A stretch of DNA of 64,000 nt, taken from Tubulanus polymorphus (taxonomy: Eukaryota; Animalia; Nemertea). Below are positions 54,587 to 64,000 of the stretch, piece after piece. How positions within the stretch are numbered: the first letter of the stretch is position 1; every line of letters starts with the position of its first letter. The stretch is from contig NC_134031.1 in the NCBI RefSeq assembly GCF_964204645.1, positions 434,001 through 498,000 on the forward strand, in the 5' to 3' direction. A model generated the notes under the pieces. It searched no databases. It worked only from the letters and a program-made list of their open reading frames with translations, and had not been told where the DNA came from. The position numbers and the translations under genes are program-made.

Positions 54587-57500
54587 GCATTCATTATGTC
54601 TCTTCACTGAAATATTGCGCAGTGTAATTGAATACAAGCCTTTATAGAAAGCCGGTCATTTTGAATGCGCGGCTCATTTACAAAATATAGGTACGCGCAA
54701 AATTCTGATACGCTTTTACTTTGCAAATATCGATGATAAAAATGGGCTTTCGGCATGTCCTTAACAGGATAGAACTCAACAGAGTGATTTCAACTTGGAT
54801 GTAAATACTTCAAGGGTTTATATCAGTAGTATCATACCTAGCCTTATACAGCCTTCCCGCGCTTACTATTCCACAATCTCTATATGAGATACATCGAGAA
54901 TGATGCTATTGAAGATTGAATTCATCGATTCATTTAGGACCAAATTGAAACTTGTTTCATGGAACAAATGGTGCTGCAAATAAACATAATATCATCAAAC
55001 AATGATATGATTCTGATTGACTATAGTGAACTGCTGCCCTACTACTGGTTTTAAAAGCTCTGATTGGGATGGATTTAAACCCAGTTCAATTACTATATTT
55101 CCTATATATATATATATATATATATATACACTTACTGCCGGGTGGTACCGATACATAGCAAAGAAAGAGAGAGAGAGAGAAATAGAGAGAGAGCCATAAG
55201 AAAAAGAAAGAACACGAAAAGAGTGGGGTCCGAGAGCAATTCGAAGGTTTAGTGTCCTGCTGGCTTAGCGAGCGGGCAGGGGTCTATTCCTACCTCGACT
55301 CAAGAAAGGTGAGCTTAAAGCCACCAAGCACAAAAGAGAGGTCCGAAGGGTAGTCCACTACTGGTTTAGAGAGCTGGCAGTGGTCTATACCTACCTCACG
55401 TGCTTAAAAATGTTTGCAAAAAAATGGCAAATAAGAAAGTGTGTGAGAGTGAGAGTGAGAGAGGCTGAGGCTGAGTTTCATGTATCACTGGGCGTAACGT
55501 GATAAATATGAGAGAAATAATTCACAGAAATCTTGAATAATTTTGTTGTGGGTTCAGAGTCTATTTCTCATCAGTTTGCTATTTGTAAAGCTTGTAGTTG
55601 GGAAAAAACTATTCAGATATTTGTGAATCAGAAGATTTTGCCGTCATTTGCTTCATGAATTGTTCACTTGTTAAAATGAATCATGTGACACACGTAAAAT
55701 ACTTTGTTTTGGTGGTGTCTTAATATTCAATGTCTTGCAGGTATCGTCTCATAGTATTTCACATGGAATTGAGGAGTAGTTTGAGTGGATGGGAGTCTTG
55801 TAAAGGCTCACTTGTTCCATAAGATTTAGTTTGACATCATAAGATTCAGTGTCTCGACCACTTTTCAACCAGTAGTCCATTGTAGGTTTGTCGGCAATTG
55901 TAAATAGACTTAAGATTTTAAAGTCGTTCACCAACATGGTTTTAGACATCACATCCATAGCTCATTCCACTACGCGTGAATTCATTTTTACCCAATGATG
56001 CTATTTATCATGGAATACGTTAGTTAAGGTAGATATCAATATAGTTTGGTAGATCAAAACAGGCTGATTTCACTCAACAGCCATTAATGAAAAATAGTGA
56101 AGAATTCTAAATAAGAACAGGGATTGTTTTGAATAGAAAGGATAAGAAGCATTGAGATGTCTAAAGGGAGCGGCCTGGAGGCGGCTGAGAGACGGACCGA
56201 CCCCGTCAATCACTCATCACACCCTGTACTGTCCTAGCTCCATCCCTTATATCACATCACGTACCTCCAAATCTTCCACAGACACCACCCCCGACCTCAC
56301 CCTCACCTCAACAACACCAACCATCGTGCCCCCGCATCATTCCTTACCCTATCCTTAAAAACAACACCCCCTACCTTACACATACCATACCAGCATCACA
56401 CCTGTACCGCCCTCTACCAGCAACCTTTCAATCCGTTATCATACACCTCCCTAACTATACATCGTACACTACCACATACACCCACCTTAAACAGTTCTAT
56501 ATTAAACTGATCATCTAATCCAGCCTTATCAAACAACCCTGCATCATCCAACCTGACCTTACCTTATCACAATGTCCTATCCTCCCCTAACGTGTCAACT
56601 CCCATACCCTGTCTCATTCCATACCCAAGCGCCATACTCCTCATTCCCCTCTACGATTGAATAAGTAGAAATGTTTCGATGTTGTAGTTACACGGATGAG
56701 AATGATTCTTATCGCTAATGAAGATGAGAGAAGAAACATTCTTCAAACTGAGGAGGAATAAGTGAATAAATGACTGCAGTGTTACACAGTCTGTGTTACA
56801 TGTACATAAGTTATATCTCTATTAGACTGAAACAATGAGTGAAACTTCTACAGTTACAATCTGACACAAATCAAACTGCGTCAGAAAACATTTTACAACT
56901 TCCTATTTTTCTATCACTTTGGTTTCAGATGTGCTTCATATGTATTCATATAGAATGTGTTATCATTATTTCAGTTGTAATGATTAGGTTGATTCAGTGG
57001 TCGCTGTAAGGAACTCTGATCTATAGCTGTGTGTGAAGTGAGCTGAAGATGGATACAGATACTTGCTGGAGACAAATTCAATAACCGTTATAATGATTCT
57101 ACATTTTGTTTTAGTCCTTTTGGAGATAAACTGAATTCTGATCCTGAACATCTTCAACTCCTCCATCAATAAGTGCTTTGTATATGCAGACACAATTTCA
57201 ACAGTTTATTTCATGATTTCCTGCAATAGAATTTGATAATTGAAGAATCTGTTATTTTCATTTCAGTGTCAATCATTGCTGGGGAGTTGTAGAATCTGAT
57301 ATAGAACTGATTTTCACAGTCAGCTTCACACATTAACGGTATGTATTACATGTTTATGGATACAATTTCAATAAATCACACTAGTTCTGCCTCCTCACCA
57401 TCATCATCATCATCATCATTATCATCATCTAGTTCTGCCAGTATCAGTAATGTGCATCTGAGGAGGCAATTAGTCATCCTACAATCCCAGATTGCCCGTT

Positions 57501-57951
57501 CGTGTACTGCCACTCTGAAGAAGGTCAGGTGACCATGGGTCTTACTTTAGTTCAACTCAGTGTTCGCTTCTCCAGTGAGCTCCTTTGGAGGTTGGAGCGT
57601 TGTCTTACCCGACTATATTACCTAACCACCTGGTATTGATAATGATTTCCCATTTTGTTTTAACCTGTTAGGAGTTGACCAACTACCAGAAGACCAGGGA
57701 TGACCAATTACCAGAAGACCAGGAATGACCAATTTACCAATTGCCAGGGATGACCAATTGCCGGGGATGACCAGAAATGACCAATGGCCAGATGACCGGA
57801 AATGACCAATGGCCAGATGACCAGTGATTAAACAGATTGATTGTATAATTGTATGATTGATTTTCTGTTTGTGAATGAACTTGAGAACAGTCGCTGTTCT
57901 TTAATCCTATCAGTTACAGCCATGTTTTGATAAAATCTCAGTTGCACACGA

Positions 57952-58113
57952 TCACCTCTATCTCACCTCTATTTCACCTCTATCTCACCTCTATCTCACC
58001 TCTATTTCACCTCTATCTCACCTCTATTTCACCTCTATTTCACCTCTATCTCACCTCTATTTCACCTCTATCTCACCTCTATCTCACCTCTATTTCACCT
58101 CTTTCTTACCTCT
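57952..58113. repeat. 11-bp microsatellite (cacctctat(c/t)t)n
   Basis: Direct tandem repeats. Confidence 0.92.
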
Positions 58114-58869
58114 ATAATTAATACTAATTTTTTATTTTAACTCTCATCAGTCAAAACGTGGTTGTCATTGATAGAATTAGAGACGCTAGGGGCTGACTAT
58201 GTAAACGCTGGTGTTGTAGAACAAGTTCACAGAAAATGAAATCGCAGAATCTATTTTGTAAACCTGAATAAATGTATTTATTATTGTGTTGTGTTGTTTA
58301 TTCAGCGCGATCTGTGGTGATTCAATCACGTGATCCGCTCAAGTTTTTTATGTCAACTCCCTCCAAAATTCTGGATCCGGTGGTATACATTGAAGTTTAG
58401 ACCATAGAACAGAGTTTCATGTTATAGGGCCTTATATCTTAAGACTATTCCCAAGCTGTGATCTATGACAACTTGGAACTAAGCTTATTAATCGGGTCTC
58501 ACAATTGCGTTTAACTGTCTCAGCTTTCCGCATTAAACTCGTCCAAATTCTCTTAGTAATTTTTCCATAATTCGAAAGCCGGATCCAGGTTTTCTGGAGT
58601 GTTGTGTGATTAAACTGGTTCGGCGACTGTTTGGCCTCTATAATAATCAAGGCCGTTCAAACTGCCACTCTTTCGCCGTAGACCAGTTTTGTCATTTATG
58701 ACGCATCCCATGATGGCGATTTTCCCTTAGACTGGTTGCCGGTCTACCTGACCCAGTCTTGTTTCCCGCTACCCATTGAGGTATTAGACTGGTTGCCGGT
58801 CTCTACCTTCAGTTGCTGGTGGCGCAGAATTGGACAGGCGACCAGTCTGTCTACTGAGGGATTCGCACC

Positions 58870-59018
58870 ATAGGGGCTCGTATCAAAAGTTTGGGGGTGA
58901 ACTGTAGATTAGATCAACCAGTATCCCTAGAAGTATATATTTTTATATATATAGTACCAGGGATACTTGATGATCTAAGCTACAGGTTCACCCCCAAACT
59001 TTTGATACGAGCCCCTGT
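58870..59018. mobile_element. Near-perfect ~150-bp palindrome (foldback MITE-like)
   Basis: aggggctcgtatcaaaagtttgggggtgaac..tagatca..agtatccct / agggatact..tgatcta..gttcacccccaaacttttgatacgagcccct with an AT-rich loop. Confidence 0.85.
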
Positions 59019-59989
59019 GATTCGAACTCGATAAGCTAAAGCTGGTTCCCGAACCGTGAATTCGAGGGGGGAGTGATACTGACCCCTGGCAAGCGAATGA
59101 CCTTTAGAATTAAAGATCGCTTTTTGATTTAAAGCCACGGCAGCCTTGTTCTCTGTCGGTGTCGATATGGTGAACACTGAGGGCTCTATTTCGAGTGTGG
59201 CAAGCGAGCATTCCACTTGGTTCGCTAGTGTGCATTCATACACTGTACAAAAGATCTTGGTATTTCTCAGAAAATTAAAATCTATCCGTCGTTTCTCAAA
59301 TTCTTTGAATGGTGATTAGTAAAATTCACCCATGAACCTAGATCACGAGTTTAATGAAGAGGAATGATTTGCTTAATTTCTGATGAGGGAGGCTGGAAGA
59401 TCTAGAGTGCCGAAAAAATATTCAGGGAATTCACCCCAGCCCCTGTCGGGTGTCATCGATACGTATAATAACGAATGCCGTGTTAAACCACGTCTTGCTG
59501 AGAGATTTAGATATTTTCTGATATTTCACCCTCTTCTATCCATTGATGCGGCCGGCCGTGTAGACCGAATATTATTTACCCCTGTGAAGCTGGCTCCCGG
59601 TTCCCGGTTCCTTATTCGGCTCCCGATTCAAAATGCTTTTGAACCGGGAGCCAGCTTCACAGAGGTATATTATTTCAGCTTTGTCTCACTAGATGCATCC
59701 CCTATACAGCGTCGTGAAGTGAGCACTGGATTTGGTATCACTCGATTCAAATTTATTTCACCACTCGATTCAAATTTATTATAAATTTTTTAGTGGTTTT
59801 TAATGTGTATTTTTGAACTGTTATTGAATAAAAAGATATTTTACGTTAAAATTAAATTGTGAATATACAACTTTTTCATCTAATTCATTTGTAGTTGTTA
59901 TTGTACGGAACCGGACTCGGTGGCAACGTAGACTGGTCTCTCTGGAAACCTCATTCTAAAATAGTGCCAATTTTCCCAAAATTTCCATC

Positions 59990-60420
59990 GAAGATAGATC
60001 TATTCAAGAGCTACAGTCCAGTATGTGGTTGTTGCCCGGTGCAAGGGCTCCTTGGGGTCTAATTGACCCCCAAAATCCCACAATATCGAAAATAATGTTT
60101 AGAAATAAATAAGTAAAATACAAAACGGTCAAAGTCTCTGAAACTTTCAGAGAAGATAGATTTATTCGAGAGCTACAGCCAGGTATATAGTTGTTGTCCG
60201 ATGCAAGGGCTCCTTGGGGGTCTAATTGACCCCCGAAACTCCAAAATAACAAAACGATTGTTAAGAAAATAAATAAATTCATAAATAAAATACAAAACGT
60301 TCAAAGTGTCTGAAACTTTCAGAAAAGATAGATCTATTCTAGAGCTACAGTCCAGTATATAGTTTTTGCCCGGCTACTTGGGGGTTTAAGTGACCCCCAA
60401 AAACCCACAATATCAATAAT
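59990..60420. repeat. ~160-170-bp tandem core repeats (~2.6 copies), resembling Helentron-associated non-autonomous elements
   Basis: gatagat(c/t)tattc.agagctacag.cc..ttgggggtctaattgacccc..ctgaaactttcag repeated. The tandem repeat is seen directly; the family assignment is inference. Confidence 0.6.
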
Positions 60421-60475
60421 AACTTGCCACACCACGCTGACGGGACATATTCACACACCCAATCAATCGCTACAA

Positions 60476-60548
60476 TTCAGTGGCTTAGTGGTTAGCGTGC
60501 ATGGCTATCACGGTGCAGGTCGCAGGATCGAATCCCACCGGGGATATT
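60476..60548 (+). pseudogene. Degenerate tRNA or tRNA-derived SINE head
   Basis: A-box tggcttagtgg and B-box ggatcgaatcc at tRNA spacing. Acceptor and anticodon stems do not pair well. Confidence 0.65.
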
Positions 60549-60644
60549 TTATACAATGATTGCAAAGGTTGTTATTTGATCAGTTGACTGCTTAATTGTT
60601 TTTTTTAAACACAAATCGTTTATTTTTAGAGTATAAGTGATCTA

Positions 60645-61203
60645 TTACTGGGTTCGAACCAAAGATATCCCTGTTTAGATAAAAAACCAAAGATATCCCC
60701 TATTTAGCATCAGGACCACTCTGATCCAGTATCAACTACTGGGTTGGAACCCGGGACATCCCTGATCATCCTCTATTCAGCATCGACCACTCTGAGTATT
60801 ACTGGATTCGAACCCGGGACACCCCTGTACATCCTCTATTCAGCATCAGGACCACTCCGAACCAGTATAAGCATTCACTGGGTTCGAACCTGGGATAATC
60901 CTGTACATCCTCCATTCAGTATCAGGATCACTCCGAACCAGCATAAGTATTTACTGGGTTCGAACCCGGGATTCCCCTGTACATCCCTATATTCAGCATC
61001 GGGACCACTCAGAACCAGATAAGTATTTACTGGGTTCGAACCCGGGATACCCCTGTACATCCTCTATTCAGCATCAGGATCACTCTGAACCAGTACCAGT
61101 AATTACTGGGTTTGAACCCGGGACAACCCTGTACATCCCCTATTCAGCATCAAGACCACTCTGATTCAGTGTCAGTAATTATCGGGTTCGAACCCGGGAC
61201 ATC
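60645..61203. repeat. ~76-bp tandem array (~8 units), each with a B-box-like GGGTTCGAACCC
   Basis: actgggttcgaacccgggac..cctgtacatcctctattcagcatcaggaccactctgaaccag.. repeated. Confidence 0.9.
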
Positions 61204-61233
61204 CGTTTAGTTTAGGATAAGATAAGTTTATTA

Positions 61234-62043
61234 AGGCTGGCTTATGTCGACAAGCAACGCGACGCCTACTGACTCCTACCGACTCCTACCGACTCCTACC
61301 GACGCCTACCGACTCCTACCGACGCAACTGAGAGCAACCGCGATTGCAGCCCAGCTTATGTCGACTGCGCTCCGATTCGCAGCAACTGAGGCCGACTGCT
61401 TATGTCGGTTGCGATTACTAGCAACTGTAACGGCTCAAATGGTCACGTGATAAGCACTTTGAGAATAAATTTGAATTATTAGGAAATATATTTCTATTAG
61501 AAAAGCTATTTCTTTAAGACTTTGATCTTTCTGATTCTGTTTTGAATACAACGTGCTAGCGACATCTATAAAGATGGCTGCTCACACCATAATTCTACCA
61601 ATTTCGTTTCTAGATCTTCGGTCCAGTCCTCTGCCGTGCTAAAGGTTTGGTTTACGTTTTGAACTACTTGAATTTGAAAGTTTATGACTAATTACGAATG
61701 ACGCTAACTAGCGGTGATAATTTGTACTATGTGTATGCGGTCTCTCATTGGCTGGAACCCCTGCGCTGAGTTCCGTTGCGTCGCAGATGAGCTTATGTCG
61801 GTTGCAATTGAAAGCAACTGCCCGCCTTACCGTAGGCCAGAGTAGAACATGGGCAACTAGCCGGATACGGCTTGCGACGAGTCGGTGGGCGTCGGTAGGC
61901 GTCGCGTTGCAGTCGCAAGCCGGCTTATGTCGAACCGATTTAGGAGCAACTGGCGGCCTCTCGTAGGCCGCTAGTTGCCGCTAATCGGCGATAAACCCAG
62001 TTGCGTCGGTAGGCATCGCGTTGCTTGTCGACATAAGCCAGGC
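61234..62043. mobile_element. PIF/Harbinger-like MITE (~810 bp) flanked by TTA
   Basis: TIR gg(c)tggcttatgtcgacaagcaacgcga(c/t)gcctac at both ends; tta at 61231-33 and 62044-46; internal gcttatgtcg repeats. Confidence 0.85.
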
Positions 62044-62084
62044 TTACACTCTAACCAAAACTTTTGGTTCGTTGAATAATGATG

Positions 62085-62740
62085 CTATGATCGCCATCTA
62101 TTGGATTTTGGATGAACTCACTAGATATCTCTTATTTGTCTCACTGACTCTTCTTCAGTGATAAGATAAGATAAGATAAGATATTTATTTCACTCCAACC
62201 ATAAGAATGGTACGTGGAGGCAAGATTGAATAAAAAATATGAAATATAAAATTTTACAAAACATGAACAGAATTATATACATATATACATACAGACAAAA
62301 CAAAATAGGAATTAACAAAATTTAAAATCTAATTTTCAGTAAAACTATTTACAGACAAAGCAAGTACAGAGATTGAATTATGTACAGCAAGATATCACAC
62401 GTATATACATAATTCACTGGAGGGATTTGTATTAACTTAAACCTAACTGGATAAATTTAGCTATTTGTGGGATTCCTTAATATTTCTAAGTTTCTGGACA
62501 TACTTAAATGGATGGAATAATCACGCAGATCACTTAGCAAAGTGCAGTCATAAATGAAGTGACTTCAGTGGGTTGAAATCACAATCGCCATCTGGTGGAT
62601 GTCTATGCTACTACAGTCTAATGATGGTTATATTCACCAGATGGCGAGTGTGATTTTAATAGATTAAAGAAGAGTCAGTGAGACAAGTAAGAGCTATCTA
62701 GTCAGTTCAGCCAAATTCCAATAGATGGCGATTAGATCAT
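62085..62740. mobile_element. Foldback element (~250 bp without the insert) interrupted by a LINE fragment
   Basis: atcgccatctattgga..tgtctcactgactcttctt versus aagaagagtcagtgagaca..tccaatagatggcgat. Confidence 0.8.
62161..62562 (-). mobile_element. 5'-truncated non-LTR retrotransposon with 8-bp TSD
   Basis: TSD cttcagtg at 62153-60 and 62563-70. Minus strand encodes HFIYDCTLLSDLR (like the end of a LINE ORF2 CCHC knuckle), then 3' UTR, AATAAA and a (TCTTA)n tail. Confidence 0.8.
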
Positions 62741-63270
62741 CGGCTAGAATGGATTAAAAAACTTAAGTTTAGTTCAACTGCCAGTCCTTTCTGGAGACTT
62801 CTATCAGGTATCCACCACCAAAAAAAAATTATTGAGCTAGGCCACCCGACCTGAAATGCTCTCAGAGGTCATAAGTTGAAATACAGTACTGTACCGCCGG
62901 GCCTCATACGCGAAACGCCTCGAGTTTATAGTTTCAGTCATTTGCTTCCCAAATCATTCTTGTATGTTGTTTTGTTTAATTTTTCAAACATAGTTGTTAG
63001 CTAACGAATCTGTCAACTCTTTCATGCAAGAATAATTCAATCAGTCCCATAATTTTGTAAGAAACTAAGTTTTCATGCCTAGCAGATAGCTTCCTCGAGA
63101 CTAACTGTATCACCACCAGTCAAACGTCCTGAGAGACAATAAAATAATTGCAAAGCAAATAATATCATTTATTCCAGTACATATACATATATAAATCACA
63201 CATTCATAAACTGTTGACATTAACACAATATGAGTTTCTCCTTCAATTCCCTGTGTTACGCTCTCAGTCC

Positions 63271-63408
63271 CTAGCTGTTTAACTGCTGATATCTCTGCAT
63301 ATGCATCATAACATTAGAAACAATTTCATTGTCTGTTTTATTTTGTCCGTAATAATCTGTAAATTTCCCATCAGGATTCACTAGATACATCACAATCGTG
63401 TGATCAAC
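63271..63408 (-). CDS. SCO1: Last exon of cytochrome c oxidase copper chaperone SCO1/SCO2 (gene extends beyond the window)
   Basis: ttttcag|VDHTIVMYLVNPDGKFTDYYGQNKTDNEIVSNVMMHMQRYQQLNS* matches the SCO C-terminus ([23 protein letters not shown]). Poly(A) signal at ~63168-63173. Confidence 0.92.
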   Translation of the reverse strand, partial: VDHTIVMYLVNPDGKFTDYYGQNKTDNEIVSNVMMHMQRYQQLNS

Positions 63409-64000
63409 CTGAAAATAAACATCAGTATGATGAACATCTTAACTGCACTGGAGAGAGGGGGATTAGGGGAAGGGGGGTTTATCAACCTGAAAATAAACAT
63501 CAGTATGATGAACGTCCTAACTGCACTGGGGGAAAGGGGGGTTAGGGGAAGGGGGGTTTATCAACCTGAAAATAAACATCAGGATGTTGAACGTCCTAAC
63601 TGTACTGGAGAGAGGGGGGTTAGGGGAAGGGGGGTTTATCAACCTGAAAATAAACATCAGTATGATGAACGTCCTAACTGCACTGGGGAGAGGGGGGTTA
63701 GGGGAAGGGGGGTTTATTAACCTGAAAATAAACATCAGTATGATGAACGTCCTAACTGCACTGGGGAGAGGGGGGTTAGGGGAAGGGGGGTTTATCAACC
63801 TGAAAATAAACATCAGTATGATGAACGTCCTAACTGCACTGGGAGAGAGGGGGGTTAGGGGAAGGGGGTTTATCAACCTGAAATTGAACATCATTATGAA
63901 CGTCCTAACTGCACTGGGGGAGAGGGGGTTAGGGGAAGGGGGGTTTATTAACCTGAAAATAAACATCAGTATGAATTGCCTGACTGCATTCGGGGGGAGG
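63403..64000. repeat. ~78-79-bp G-rich satellite in the SCO last intron; each unit includes the 3' splice site
   Basis: (atcaacctgaaaataaacatcagtatgatgaacgtcctaactgcactggggagagggggttaggggaagggggttt)n, ~7.5 copies, running to the window end. Confidence 0.95.

Larger units (their letters stand above)
53060..57175. repeat. Large inverted repeat: arms 53060-~54129 and ~56313-57175, spacer ~2.2 kb
   Basis: Mirror ORFs 53066-53251(+) and 56984-57193(-). The outer ~370 bp differ at only 2 positions by eye; inner parts are more diverged. Confidence 0.95.
51600..58290 (+). ncRNA. Putative spliced long non-coding transcript divergent from VEPH1
   Basis: CpG-rich first exon with ETS (acttccgg) and YY1-like (ccgccatgtt) motifs, ending at strong donor ttg|gtaagt (51738/9). 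Acceptors at 52674, 57265 and ~57671, donor at 57338/9, and AATAAA at ~58267 followed by a GT-rich tract. No recognisable protein. Confidence 0.45.

Noticed and set aside
53060-57175. Polinton, Transib or CACTA transposon with long TIRs
   Set aside because: No target-site duplication (flanks ..tcatac / ctttgt..) and no transposase or polymerase remnant that I can recognise in the spacer. Not fully excluded.
53066-57193. Duplicated 61-69 aa protein genes (MEELKMFRIRIQ...)
   Set aside because: Mirror ORFs caused by the inverted repeat; no recognisable domain.
60476-60548. Functional tRNA (ATC anticodon)
   Set aside because: Acceptor and anticodon stems do not pair, so it is treated as pseudo-tRNA or SINE.
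60645-61203. tRNA gene cluster or CRISPR array
   Set aside because: Units have a B-box only, with no cloverleaf, and the inter-repeat sequence is itself repeated.
63400-63966. 106-aa and 149-aa ORFs at the window end
   Set aside because: Satellite translations; the real coding sequence is the SCO exon at 63408-63271.

Overview
Eukaryotic (animal) genomic DNA. It is AT-rich and gene-dense with short GT-AG introns, and looks like a compact marine invertebrate genome (taxon is inference only). Spliced genes rebuilt by hand: an alpha-carbonic anhydrase (+, 5' end outside the window), a secreted DUF885-family putative metallopeptidase (-), an unrecognised secreted Cys-rich protein (+), PMPCA (-), an intronless GPR21/52-like orphan GPCR with degenerate DRY/NPxxY motifs (-), C12orf57/C10 (+), GTF2B (-), ENDOG (+), VEPH1/melted (-), and the last exon of SCO1/2 (-, missed by the ORF track). 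Introns are full of small MITEs and minisatellites, several built from the MITE ends. Three things stand out. (1) A putative spliced non-coding + strand unit divergent from VEPH1 holds a ~0.9-1 kb inverted repeat whose arm differences are mostly G:U-compatible, making it a candidate hairpin-RNA/endo-siRNA locus. (2) A G-rich satellite tandemly duplicates the SCO 3' splice site, creating stop-containing decoy acceptors. (3) A nested TE cluster carries B-box repeats and CTCF-like motifs. Most ORF-track entries are repeat artefacts or exon fragments. All alignments and counts were done by eye.
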